A stretch of 64,000 nucleotides of DNA from Haliotis rufescens (taxonomy: Eukaryota): positions 6,758,001 through 6,822,000 of the forward strand of contig NW_025963890.1 of the NCBI RefSeq assembly GCF_023055435.1. The letters are read 5' to 3'. The notes under the pieces were generated by a model. It saw nothing but the letters and a program-made list of their open reading frames with translations. It was not told the DNA's origin and did not search any database. Shown in pieces: positions 37,900-51,322 of this stretch. Both the position numbers and the translations under genes were made by a program. The first letter of the stretch is position 1; each line of letters opens with the position of its first letter.

Positions 37900-39250
37900 T
37901 AAACTGGAACATGCCATTTAAATGTTCATCACAAGGTCTACATGCATAGCGTGTATGACATATGTCATTAGTTTGTCTTAAAAACACGACATACACTCAT
38001 GTAGACGACCCCGTGCATCTGATTACTTGTTGCCAATAGCTAATGATTGCCCCCTGTCGTTCTGTGTCAAAATACATTCTACCCCATGCACATCGGGAGA
38101 TATTATTTTACATGAAATCGGTGCTCTATTGGCCTTGTGTATTTCACTGTATTCTGATATTATATTCCCCTCTCCTCAAGTACTCAATAGTGAATGGATC
38201 GTTTGCACCACAGTCATCAGTATTTACAGTATATCACGATGGTTTGGAATAATCGAGTATTAAACTGATAAATCAGTATTGATAACAGTCAGGGTACCAT
38301 GAAGAACATTCAGTCGAGTCAAACATTGAAACAACCCGATCTCCTTTTTTTCAGTCAGCATTTATGACCTTCTGTGAACCTGCCTTGCACCGGAATCCAA
38401 ATAGATGGTCAAAAGCAAGAAATGATTTGTGTATTGCATCTACCCGAACTGGGCCACCCCCTGACATAGTATCCGAAACTGTGAATGTGCACAGAATCCC
38501 CTGCAGTTACCTGGGATTTTTGAAATTGACGTTTATCTATGACCTTTTTCCTGTTCAAGGATGCGTCTTCATTACCACTGCAATTATATGTCATAAAAGA
38601 TTTACAAATATTATCTATGAAGTTACTTCGTCAATACCATCACGATATGCTTTCATTCGACTGATACAAATGTATAGCCGAGACTTTATTACATATATGT
38701 ACTATTCTGGTTCCTGTCAGGTAAATATCCCGACTATGTGCCAACTCCCGCTGTCTGCATTGGTGGCGACAACAGCTTTACGTCCCATCTTAACAATGAC
38801 CGTGAACAAACCATATCAACAATTTAGCTGCAGATCGGTGTACATGGCGTCCTACATGGTCATTAGATTGAGTTCCAGCAGTGTTAACACAAGTGGTTTG
38901 GCCTTCTATATTACAATGTAGACAGTGATCAAATCCGGGAGAAGGAAGCGATGCTAATGAGGCTTTTAGTGAATCGGTAATGAGAAAATAATACTATATA
39001 CCTCAAGGGTGGTGAAAGTAGGGAAGCATCGCCCTGCTGGTTTAGAGTCATCGTTCTTGAGGGTAATCTGGCAGATGCAGCTAGGTACCATCAAGGGTGG
39101 TGAGAATGTGGAAGCGTCGCCCTGTTGGTTTACAATCATCGTTCTTTCAAAGTAAATAAATCTGTCAGATGTGGAGAGGCACCAAGAGGATAATGCTTTT
39201 AGCAGAACAGCCATGTTTAATTGTATGAAACAACATTCTATTAACTTTGT
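37900..39250 (-). mobile_element. Fossil LINE reverse-transcriptase region (CR1/L2-group-like)
   Basis: Collinear degenerate peptides on the minus strand: FERTMIV, QGDAST, VYIVI*KA (~VFxDISKAF), KLLIWF, SGSWHIVG (~SxWxxVxAGVPQGS), NVNFKNP (~VxFNPxK), RDIL*Y (~RPILEY); many stops and frameshifts. Confidence 0.55.
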
Positions 39251-41712
39251 ACGCTTTTGCGGAAACTACAAAATTAATATTTACATGTACAAACCATCCG
39301 TCTTCATTAATGAATGATGCTTAAGGTGTCCGATATCCATTTCTAGTAAAGAAATACTGTTGGTGGGAATTTTAATTTGTGAATTTTGGGACTGAGAGGA
39401 GCATAAGTTTGTATTTAAAACAGAGCTAAAGGCTTTATTCCAATGGTTGTGTGTCATTTCGGTCACGTGTCCTAGAACTATACTTCATACAACAGTGTCG
39501 CTCGAGCTGCGTGTGCCTTAACATTTCACTGACGCCTATGCCAAAAGAGTCGTTTGGAAGAACTATTCACTTCATACACATATCCTATACACGAGACTCA
39601 AGTATTTGGTTGTGCTCTAAGACAGACACGTGTGACTGTACTTTATCGGCAAAAACGGCACAGTTACGAGAACAAAGGGAGAGGCGAAACTCGTTCTCTA
39701 TCTATTAACTTAAAAGGAAACATAAAGAAATGATGTATTAAATTGGAACTGCACACGCCTTCTGAGCCATTTTTTCCACTTATTTCAAGTATATACTAAA
39801 CGTTAAGGTCGGTGTCCATTGTTGAAAGGTGCAGACAAAGGTATGAGTCATTTTTGTACAAGAAATGCCAACAATATTTGTTAGTGAAGTAATCGGTGCC
39901 ATTTGCGGATTAACCTTAGAAGTTACACATTGTCAACGACATCAAAGTGTATGTACAGTAGCTGTCAAAGCTACAACTACCCATAAGCATATCATTCAAT
40001 ATTCAGAAAATAGGACACCGGTCTAGAACACAAAAGTCAGCAATTTGGCAGGAATTCCGAAGTCATATTTCTGCTATTAAACAGTTATACATGTGATGGA
40101 TGGGTGCGGTTTATGTTTCTAGACACGTCTGTCAAGCAATGATCCCCTCGCTATGCCTGAAATTCCTCCATATGCATATGTGTTCCATAGGTACAAGGCT
40201 TTAATGGCGTATTGACGGAAATTGATTACCCTGATACTTAATAAGGTACTTTATCTTGATTTCTCATCTGAACGTTATGTTTTATGTACTTGTGGTTACT
40301 TTTGTGGCAGTCAAGGCACGAAGCCGGATTTATGATGATCATTAAACTGGAAGAGCTGTAGCCATACCTTGCTTGAAGTCTTCCCTTAAATCGAATCTGT
40401 GTTAATGAAACATACTGCAAAATATACTCCAACAGGACGACAAGAAATAGCTACAGAGTGTTGTTTCTGTGGATTTTATCTTTGAATTTGGTTTTGTTTG
40501 ATGCAAGATTGGACTGACATATTCCTGGGACACATATGGCATTGATTAATTGAATATTGATGCTTATAATATGCAGTATGTATTTTCATCGTAAGGGATG
40601 AGGATGTTTTAAAATTGGTTATGAGTTTTATTAAATACTGTAGATTACAATCTGTTTTATCTTCGTTTTTGGAAGGCAATGATGGTATTTTCAAATGCAA
40701 CAGCATCATAAGAAATAACCCCTTATCAGCACATATTTCACGAGTTATGCTGACGCTCTTTTGAAAAGGATATGAAAAAGAAATTTGAGAAATACCTTTT
40801 ATGTCAAACTTCCCATTTTCATGGCTGGTTTGCATTTTACTCAGTATCCTTGTGCCTTCATTCTATTTTAAAGGCTAATGATTTATGAATAGATATTGCT
40901 AAATTTTGTAATTCAAATCCCTCTTCTTAAAACAACTTAAACAAAACATCGGTGTTGATACCTGTTTGGCATAGCTATTCAAGCTCAGCTAAAAGACAAT
41001 AAACCAGACAAAATACCAAGAAAACGTCCCAAGCGTCCAAATTAGCAGTGTTGTTTGATTATCCATATGCACACTGTTTGACCTTTTAGATGCAGGTGCA
41101 AATTGGATTTTTAATTCTATTCACAGTTTCAAAAATCTAGTTACTGTCACCGTCAATATAGTTAACGAATCGTTTACCTTGTGTAAACTTAGAAGTCTAT
41201 TGATGCCATGGATGGGATATTTTGGATACCCTAAGACATTTTGGACAGTTTTGGGGCAATTGTCAGTGTTCGACCACCCACTTCTGTACATAACCTTCTG
41301 TCGTCAGGACAACATATTGACGTTCTGTCTACATTCTTTGTCATTTCTCAGGACCAACTGAAATTCCTACCTACTTTACTCGCTAACTTCAATTACGATT
41401 TCCTTTTGTGAAATGGCCATCACCTCTCACCTGGACACTTATAAAACACGTGTATATATTTGATAAAGAGGGTAATTAGGGATGTATCGTTATTTTATTT
41501 ATCTGTGAATTACCTCAGACAATTAAAGTCTTTTCGTTGTGTCCAATACATACCTGCCGAGGGACAACTAACAACTCTAGCCATTTAACAATGGCTTGGG
41601 AATGGAGGCATTTGTGTCACCCACTAATGGAATTTAAGACCAGCAAATTGGGACTTCAATCTCAACAAGGTACTTGTTTGCCTTTGTGGGTTCTACAACC
41701 TTTGTGCCAATC

Positions 41713-41920
41713 GGTGATAGGTGGTACGTTTATTCTGGCCGATTGTACATGGCTAAGATTGACTAAATGTTAGATGTCCATGTGGTTGAGGGTGTTAAGT
41801 GAGCTTGAGAATATAAAAGTTATTGATTACGTGTTTTTTTTAAATAGATTTTCATATACATTTAGTCAGTCTTAGGCATGTGTAATCGGCCAGAATAAAC
41901 GTAACGTACCACCTATCACC
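41713..41920. repeat. Fold-back inverted repeat (probable MITE) running into an assembly gap
   Basis: 41713-41770 is the reverse complement of 41858-41920 (GGTGATAGGTGGTACGTT..ATTCTGGCCGATT..GACTAAATGT). Confidence 0.85.
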
Positions 41921-42166
41921 NNNNNNNNNNNNNNNNNNNNNNNNNNNNNNNNNNNNNNNNNNNNNNNNNNNNNNNNNNNNNNNNNNNNNNNNNNNNNNNN
42001 NNNNNNNNNNNNNNNNNNNNNNNNNNNNNNNNNNNNNNNNNNNNNNNNNNNNNNNNNNNNNNNNNNAAGATGAGACTCATGAAGTATTGGTTTGATATGG
42101 TGGAGTAAAACAACCACACAACGGAGAACACTGTGCAAGTTTTATAGCCGAACGCATAAGCAAGTC

Positions 42167-42519
42167 GACCGCCTCCGTGGTCTTGTGGTAGAGCGTCCGC
42201 CCGGAGAGCGGAAGGTCCAGGGTTCGATCCCGGGCCGCGTCATACAAAAAGACGTTAAAAGATTGTACTTGTTGTTACCCTGTCTGGCGCTCGGCATTAA
42301 GGGGCTAAAACAAGGACTGGTCGGCTCGGAGTCAGTATACTGTGTCTGAGTGGGGTATTCATGTTAAACTGCGGTATGGTATCTCAGTGAGCTAGCACTA
42401 TAAATCGGCATCAGTCCGGACTAGTACAAGCAGCCACACACCCACATACACGTGCATGCACGTCGCTATATAAGTGCAATAATCTTGGACGCGACGTTAA
42501 ACCCAATTTAACCTCACCT
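42167..42519 (+). mobile_element. SINE family B (tRNA head, MESC/Meta-like domain), full length
   Basis: A box TGGTCTTGTGG, B box GGTTCGATCCC; TSD CAT(A/C)AGCAAGTC at 42155-42166 and 42520-42531. Confidence 0.93.
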
Positions 42520-43522
42520 CATCAGCAAGTCTGTTGTTTCAACAAGCACGAACCCTTATTTGTACACCCAAAAAAATGATTACATCTACGACTAAACATA
42601 TACACGAATGATTTCACATGGTGTATATGATTCTACGCTCCTCACATCATAGTTCACATCAATCAACCATCGTTTTATAGAAACACCACAGTTCAAAATA
42701 TTGTGGCATAAAACATGTTCTAAAATAAGTTAGAACGGAAATCTTTCATGGGCGTTTTACTAATAAGTAAAATGGGGTTATAAAGAGTGGTATAATAACG
42801 GGGTTGAATGTAAGATAGACCAGGCAGGCTGTGGTGATATCACAGTCGGTATTGAAACGTATCGGGATTTGACCTTATCCTGGTTGTCAACATGCCTGTA
42901 CCATGAGGTAGTTGCTCACGACATATCAATTAACCGAATGAACGATGTCTAGATCTCATCACACGACGCCAGTAACGCCGTGTTACGGCGCAGCGGGAGT
43001 TACATCATCTTCGACATATTTAGCCTCTTGAACTTTGGTCGACAGGTTCATTATATAGTTTAAATGCAGGATGATATGGGGCCAGGTAACTGTGGAGTAG
43101 ACTAGGATAATATATACTTAGAATATCTGCATCTATCTGGCTATCGATATCTACCGTGTGGCGAATATTAAGTGGTTTATTATTCGGGTCCCTTGTGTTG
43201 GCTTATATTGCACACCGCTGAGACAGGCAAATACTTTGGTGTTCTGAGTGCGAAACGTATGGTTCGGCATTCAAACCTACGGTCAGGGTCAATGACAAGG
43301 GTAAGCTATTATCTGATAGAATATTTATTAAAATATCAAATCATTTTCAAGACAATTATATCAATTAGGCCGTTATTGTGAAAATACACCATATAAGAAG
43401 CAAAGAATATACACATTGGTTCTGCAGAGATAACATTTGTCTACATTTCGTAACCGATAAAGAATACTTCTGATATTGCAGTTGTGATGACAGGCTAGCA
43501 TGTTATTCGCTGCTCGAAACAA

Positions 43523-45560
43523 ACACTGTTAATCTGGGCCCGTCGTCCCTTGGACACGTATCTAACTAGCCTCCACACAACACTGTTTATCTGGGCACAT
43601 CGTCCCCTTGACACGTATCAAGCTGCCCCCCATACAGCACTGTCTATCTGGGCACATCGTCCCCTTGACACGTATCAAGCTGCCCTCCACACAGCACTGT
43701 CTATCTGGGCACATCGTCCCCTTGACACGTATCAAGCTGCCCTCCACACAGCACTGTCTATCTGGGCAAATCGGCCCCTTGACACGTATCAAGCTGCCCA
43801 CCATACAGCACTGTCTATCTGGGCACATCGTCCCCTTGACACGTATCAATCTGCCCTCCACAGAGCACTGTCTATCTGGGCACATCGTCCCCTTGACACG
43901 TATCTAGCTGCGCTTCAAACAACACTGTCTATCTGGGCACATCGTCCCCTTGACACGTATCTAGCTACCCCCCATACAGCACTGTCTATCTGGGCACATC
44001 GGCCCCTTGACACGTATCTAGCTGCCCTGAACACAACACTGTCTATGTGGGCACATCGTCCCCTTGTCACGTATCTAGCTACCCCCCATACAGCACTGTC
44101 TATCTGGGCACATCGGCCCCTTGACATGTATCTAGCTGCCCTTCACACAACACTGTCTATCTGGGCACATCGTCCCCTTGACACGTATCTAGCTGCCCTC
44201 TACACAGCACTCTCTATCTGGGCACATCGTCCCCTTGACACGTATCTAGCTACCCCCCATACAGCACTGTCTATCTGGGCACATCGTCCCCGTGACACGT
44301 ATCTAACTGCCCTCCACACAGCACTGTCTATCTGGGCACATCGTCCCCGTGACACGTATCTAGCTGCCCTCCACACAGCACTGTCTATCTGGGCACATCG
44401 TCCCCGTGACACGTATCAAGCTGCCCTCCACACAGCACTGTCTATCTGGGCACATCGTCCCCTTGACACGTATCAAGCTGCCCTCCACACAGCACTGTCT
44501 ATCTGGGCAAATCGGCCCCTTGACACGTATCTAGCTGCCCACCATACAGCACTGTCTATCTGGGCACATCGTCCCCTTGACACGTATCAATCTGCCCTCC
44601 ACAGAGCACTGTCTATCTGGGCACATCGTCCCCTTGACACGTATCTAGCTGCGCTTCAAACAACACTGTCTATCTGGGCACATCGTCCCCTTGACACGTA
44701 TCTAGCTACCCCCCATACAGCACTGTCTATCTGGGCACATCGGCCCCTTGACACGTATCTAGCTGCCCTGAACACAACACTGTCTATGTGGGCACATCGT
44801 CCCCTTGTCACGTATCTAGCTACCCCCATACAGCACTGTCTATCTGGGCACATCGGCCCCTTGACATGTATCTAGCTGCCCTTCACACAACACTGTCTAT
44901 CTGGGCACATCGTCCCCTTGACACGTATCTACCCCCCATACAGCACTGTCTATCTGGGCACATCGTCCCCTTGACACGTATCTAGCTGCCCTCTACACAG
45001 CACTCTCTATCTGGGCACATCGTCCCCTTGACACGTATCTAGCTACCCCCCATACAGCACTGTCTATCTGGGCACATCGTCCCCGTGACACGTATCTAGC
45101 TGCCCTCCACACAGCACTGTCTATCTGGGCACATCGTCCCCGTGACACGTATCTAGCTGCCCTCCACACAGCACTGTCTATCTGGGCACATCGTCCCCGT
45201 TACACGTATCTAGCTGCCCTTCACACAACACTGTCTATCGGGGCACATTTTCGCCAAGACACTTATCCAGCTACCCCCCACACATTACTGTCTGGGCACA
45301 TCTTCACCAAGACAATTATTTAGGTACCCAACTCACATCACTGTCTATCTGGGCACATCTTCCCAAAGATACTTTTTAAGGTACCAAACTCACATCACTG
45401 TATATATTGGCACATCTTCCAAAAGACAATTATTTAGGTACCCAACTCACCTCACTGTCTATATTGGCACACTTATTTAGGCACCACATTCACATCATTG
45501 TCTATCTGGGCACATCTTCCCCAAGACACGTATCTAACTACCCCGCACACAACACTGTTG
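43523..45560. repeat. 57-bp minisatellite, about 35 copies, with a 741-bp higher-order duplication
   Basis: Unit GCACTGTCTATCTGGGCACATCGTCCCCTTGACACGTATCTAGCTGCCCTCCACACA; degenerate after ~45230. Confidence 0.97.
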
Positions 45561-48132
45561 CCCCTGGAGACACGTGAACTTGGGGTAGCTGGCCGCAGGT
45601 GCTGGGCGTCCACCAGACTAATCAATCTTGATAATGTCTTTCTGTGGGGTCCAGGGCGGATCCCCGTGAAGATGTCCAACAGGAATTTATTAAAGATTGG
45701 CATTTTTATGTTCGGGATAATGAAATAGAAATTATCTGTCAGCATTAAAGAATGACATGATGACATTGGTACAACATAACATGACATATTAACAAACTAC
45801 AATATTGCTCTGAGGTAGTAAAACAATTTATTGACAATATCCGTGTCTTGACAGGAAGACGCGAATCGGTTATCCGGACTAACTAGATTCTGATAAAAAA
45901 AAGATATATTAACAGATATGTCGAGTATCAACGCTCTGGACTACTCCTCTAGGTGGCGGGGTGGGTATACACTGTATCGTAATGGTAATAATTCANNNNN
46001 NNNNNNNNNNNNNNNNNNNNNNNNNNNNNNNNNNNNNNNNNNNNNNNNNNNNNNNNNNNNNNNNNNNNNNNNNNNNNNNNNNNNNNNNNNNNNNNNNNNN
46101 NNNNNNNNNNNNNNNNNNNNNNNNNNNNNNNNNNNNNNNNNNNNNNNNNNNNNNNNNGTGGAGCAGCAATTAAAAAAAATTCAACTTAATTTGACCTCTA
46201 CACAATACCTTATGGAAGTAGGGTACTAGAATGTGAAACTCCTGCTAACCCGTGCAATCACCTCGAGATTGCCCGGAAAGTCCTACATAGTTATCCATTA
46301 TTTATGGACTTTTAATAGTTTTACTTACTAGAAACGGCAAGGTGCCATTCTTGCTCCAGTCTCGTTCTATAAAGAGCAAGATAAATACATTCATCTTTAA
46401 TATGTCACGTTACAAGAAGTTTTAGTTAAACGGAATTTACCCTTTTAACTATTCTGTCGAAACTGTTTGAAGATAATCGTTATTATATCCCTTGGGCTTA
46501 TTGCTTGACCTTTATCACGGCCCGCTTTTTGGGTGGATTTCTAATAATGCACGTTGAGGCCTGTCCTTTCACTTCTGAAAAGAATAAATGATTTACTGGG
46601 ATATTTCTGGCACAAAGAACCACATCGTTTCAGATGGTAAGTACACGAACCGTCTTTTTAGGACTTTCCAATTCACGCGAGCAATAGCCTTTCTCATAAT
46701 ATATAAAAGGACTACTTGTAAACAGAGGGAGCTCGTGCGACCTTTCAGCCAATATTGGCTATAAGCGGTAGGTGGGCCTGGCTACACTACCCCCACAACC
46801 TAGAAATGGAAATCATGACTGTTTAATACCACGACACATTTTCGCCAACAGATTAAGTTTATGAATTTGATCAAAGAAATGATTCATTGCGAATTATTTC
46901 TTTTGAGCAGATTGGGTGAAATTCCGAACCGATAACTTATGAATGTAGTGTACAAAATTATTTTCACTTCTATAATATATTAATACAGTTTTAATGTAAG
47001 GTTCGTTATTGCATGTATACAAAACCTCATAGGTTATATTCAGCAGTGTATGTTTGATGTAAAGCTAACTGACTTTAATAGCTGGTTATTCACGCAATGT
47101 AAATGTTCACTGAAGCCCTTCGAGTTGAGGGAATTACTTTAGGGCATAGAGAAGAATATATATATGAAAAAGAGTAGGTGTTTTCATAAATGAGAAATAT
47201 GTCAAGGATTTCCTGCGTCCTTGAACAAGATCCCGCACCGTCGCCTGCTTGTGTTACTCGGATATACAATTTGAGCGATGTAAATCTTTTCTGACACTAG
47301 ATTAAGGTTTTTGTGCGTTCTTTCCGTGTCGCTGTTTATCGAAACAGACAAGTATTTCTCTCCAATCTCTTCAGGATATTTGAACTTAAATTTTGGGCAA
47401 ATATTGGTCAACGATAACGCCCCAGGCTGATGAGATTAAATTGTAAATGCATTTCGCCTCAATGTTGTTTTATTCCGCACTCTGAAATATCCCATGTAAA
47501 TAATTGAGCCAGGCCACACTTTAATCACCGGATCCCCCATCTCAGTCTTGTCTCGTCACAAACATACGGCACAATGTACATGTATCAGTTTTGCCCCGGA
47601 ATATCCACGGGGGACGATTTTTGACTTTTGTTACCATGTAATCTTACGCAAAGAAAATTAATTGACATGTTCATTTGGCAGTTTTAGCACAGTTACGAAA
47701 GTAAATTCATTTGAAGAAAATATTGTACCCTGCCAGGTGGATGTGAATGTATGGAAATATGATACTTTGAAGGCTACCGATGAATGTTTAATGACGGGTA
47801 TTAAATGTAGAATCATATATGTAAGCGATCAGCGATGTGGAATGTTACTTTGTTTTATGTATATACCATTGATTTATTATTAAAGGGTTAAAGCGGAAGT
47901 GTGTAGTGTACACCTATTTCCATTATTAGCGAATATATTCTTCTATAGGGGGAAGAGTTGCAGTTGAAATATTTTTCTACCTTTCCTGCTTCTCTTTTTA
48001 TGCATGTACAGTGACACATTGTTAATCTTGAGGGTAACGTCCCAAGGGAAATCACCCGGGTTAACAATTTCCTGATTAACTATTCATGGGAACGTAATTA
48101 TATAAATACGACCCAAACAGTTATCGCACAGG

Positions 48133-48358
48133 GTTGGGTTTTATCGCCGCTTTAAGCAGTTTTTCAGTAATATCGCGGCGTGTTACCTTGATGTTGGAGG
48201 AGAGCCCGAAGTGTTGCAGGTCCTGGATCTTTACCACTCGATGAAACCCACGAGCACGAGTATGCCGCTGACAAACCTAGAAATATAATCAAGGCGAACT
48301 GGGATTCAAACCCACGCCTGAAGAACGCAGATATGAGACGACTGGGTCATTCGTGGCC
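48133..48358 (-). mobile_element. SINE family C, degraded, short-head variant
   Basis: Body GAAACCCACGAGCAC..GCTGACAAACCTAGAAA; head reads AGGCGTGGGTTTGAATCCC on the minus strand. Confidence 0.8.
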
Positions 48359-49644
48359 TCTTATCGCCCGGAAAGACTTTACCTGCATTCGAAAAATATT
48401 CTTCTGCACTTTATCATGCATTAAAATAGTGAAACGTAATCGATGTAAAAAAAAGTGGAATTTTCGGTTTTAAGTTTGTACAGTTTTGTCCAGATGCATT
48501 ATAGACTGATATCCTCACTCGTAATTCTTTAGTTTTCAATTCGCTAATTTCTCGTACTATTCACTTGAATCATATTGACACGTCACATTGTGTTTCTGTT
48601 ACAAGAAATAGTCCACGAAGTCCATGAATGTGACATAGACATTTTTACTGTACACAAGAATTTGATGAATTTGATGCAGAAGTCATAATAAAGAAACAAC
48701 CACTTGTTAAGCACTGTTACGTCAGCCTGTCCACGCCACAACCCCGTAATGAGACTTCAGCCATCCATCTCAGTACTTATCTTGCCGCAGACAAAGGAAC
48801 ATACCCTTTGATCTTACATCCTATTACAATAGATAAAGCCCAATCTTTGTTCATTATACTAACACATGCCCTTGAAGTCACACATATTCCCTTATGGAAT
48901 CTTATGAAGTAACGAACGGAGTACACCACTGGCGACAAGAGGTGCAGTACATGGAGGGCTCAGACAAGGGCGCTCTATACTACCTGCTTTATTCAATGAT
49001 TGTGACGTTCTACTGCAACACATGTTTACCTTATTTCTTAACGGTTTTTGCGATCAGCCTTTTGGGTTAAAGAAAAGGAGGGTCTGAAGGAAAATCCTGC
49101 AGTAACGAGCCAACTACATGATTCTATGTTTGCTCGCGGGTCTTTCTTACACGTGTGAATGACGCTTGGCGTGATTTTCGACGTTATATGCAGCTAGACA
49201 AAGGTGTTTTATACGCATGTGTTGACACGCTGGAAGATTTGCAGAGAAATTATATGAATATTTGTTGTAACAGTGTTGTATTCCTGTGAATTGGATTGTA
49301 AATTATGGCCACCTTGAAACATAATAAGACCAGTAAACATGTCTTAGATGTACACAATGGCGAATTCTTGATTGTAAAAGAAATGTCATTTAGAATGCCG
49401 CCATGGCTTTATCGAAATGTGTTGTAAGCACGTTAAATACGTTTATACACCAACGTATAGTGAAAATGGTTGTATTAATAGTCAGAATAGTTTTGAATAG
49501 TATATGTGTTTATTGTTTGTATACATTACACTATTACCTATGACATATTATGTATAGTATTATATACAAACTATAGCAATGCTACAAATGCAGGTAATAT
49601 ATTTCACATATATGTACTATACGTTATGCCCAGGTAATGCAATG

Positions 49645-49805
49645 TGGTCCATTGCACGATTCCGGCTATATCGGAAGGTGTTTATGAATCACTATCAAAT
49701 AGTGATGATACCATGTGTTCGCGAGAAGGTGAGCGTATTCTTCCCCTACGGTGGCACCCGACACAATACACGCAAAGGCATGTCAAATATTCACCTGAAA
49801 ACAAC
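49645..49805 (-). mobile_element. Dispersed repeat family E
   Basis: Reverse-complement match to 32886-33050 and 52134-52300. Confidence 0.8.
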
Positions 49806-50756
49806 ACGGGAACATGAAATGATGGTACAAGACAAGGGAATTGCAACGAGTGTCATTTTTGTCTTTCATGCGTCAAATTTGTAAATGTTCTCCACATGTC
49901 TACCATTAATCTTTTTGAAAGCTTAGCTAAAGGCCTTGAATGTTGTAACCTTGATCAAACAACCTTTGAGCAAGAGTCTTAAGGACGCTCTTTGAAATCG
50001 TTGTGGAAAGAGCATGCTCGCTTGTACCTAAAAAGTTGACACTAAAGGCTGGGGCTGCTAAAACTTTGCTCAAATCTGGAGTTGATTATTGGAGAGTTGA
50101 AATCAGCCCTCCTGCCCTACAGCCTTGTGGAGAGTGAAAGTCAAACCACAGCCTACTTATGATACACACATACTTTGTGTTGTTCAAGCAACTCTTCAGA
50201 TCAAGTCAGTATCGCCTCTAGTATTCTATTACAAATACCGCGGTGCGTCACCGTGACAGAAGTATAAGTCCATTTTACGCTCATGTGACAAACGTTATTA
50301 TCTCACTTAATCCAAACAACTGGTCCAAAAACTAATCACAGGTATATAATTGGCGCCACCTGCGGTCGCCTATAACTATGTGGTTATCTGACCGATCAAG
50401 CAGGGAAGGACGGAGCAGTCTCGCCCTTCCATTAGAGAGTCCTCGACTATTGAATCTGGTCAAGTTGCAACTGTCCCGCGATGAGCAAGGTCCGGGGGCA
50501 CGTTAGTTAAAGTACTGTAGCCAGCGGCATTTGGTCATGGCTCTCCTGCGATATGAACTTAGTGGTTCTGATAAAAATGTTCTCAGTTGTTCTGTAATAG
50601 TCGACAACAAATGATTGCATGGTCTACTGAACCTCACTGTATGTATAACGACTTCTCTTTAATACGTTTAGGTGTGGATATTAGCCAAGTGGATAAAACA
50701 TTCGCTAGGTTACGCCGAAGGCCCGGGTTCGACTCCATACATCCCTTATCTTAGCT

Positions 50757-50922
50757 GGGGCGGTCGGGTAGCCTAGTGGTTAAAGCGTTCGCTCGTCACG
50801 CCGAAGACCCGGATTCGATTCCCGACATGGGTACAATGTGTGAAGCCCATTTCTGGTGTCCCCCGCCGTGATATTGCTGGAATATTGCTAAAAGCGGCCT
50901 AAAAACCATACACACTCACACA
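50757..50922 (+). mobile_element. SINE family A, full length, just downstream of an older truncated A head (50671-50740)
   Basis: TSD CTTATCTTAGCT at 50745-50756 and 50923-50934. Confidence 0.95.
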
Positions 50923-51224
50923 CTTATCTTAGCTATCGTTATCAACAAACTATGTTCTCGTTCATTTGGAACAGTGAATGTTAATACAACACGTCAACGC
51001 CAGACAATAACCAGTCTCGATTTTCCAACGAAACAGATTCCATTGGGCGCAAAAAAGCAAAATAGCGGTGAAAATTGTGTGAATGGATCACCAGGTGTTC
51101 GTGATAAGGGTAAGCATGTCCTGCCATATCGAAAATCTCTCCCTAGAATTCATGCATTAGAGACCAATATGAGCCACTTCGTGGTACAGTATATATTAGA
51201 CATAGAATGATCACTTCTGAACCG

Positions 51225-51322
51225 GAGGAGTAGCCAAGTGGTTAAGGTGTTGGCTTATCAAGCCGAAGCAGGTTCGATTCTCTACCTAGGTTAAATATAT
51301 GAAGCCCTTTCTTGCTGTTCCC
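51225..51322 (+). mobile_element. SINE family A, heavily degraded
   Basis: GTAGCCAAGTGGTTAAGG..GGTTCGATTC..GAAGCCC. Confidence 0.6.

Noticed and set aside
38364-38921. 185-aa plus-strand ORF as a host exon
   Set aside because: No recognisable domain; better explained as the antisense of a fossil LINE RT.
43550-44875. 441-aa repeat ORF
   Set aside because: Stop-free frame of a 57-bp minisatellite; non-ATG start, frameshifted, no supported splice context.
50757-50830. Functional tRNA (Asp/Val-like) gene
   Set aside because: No proper acceptor stem; continues into SINE body and tail with TSDs, so it is a SINE head.
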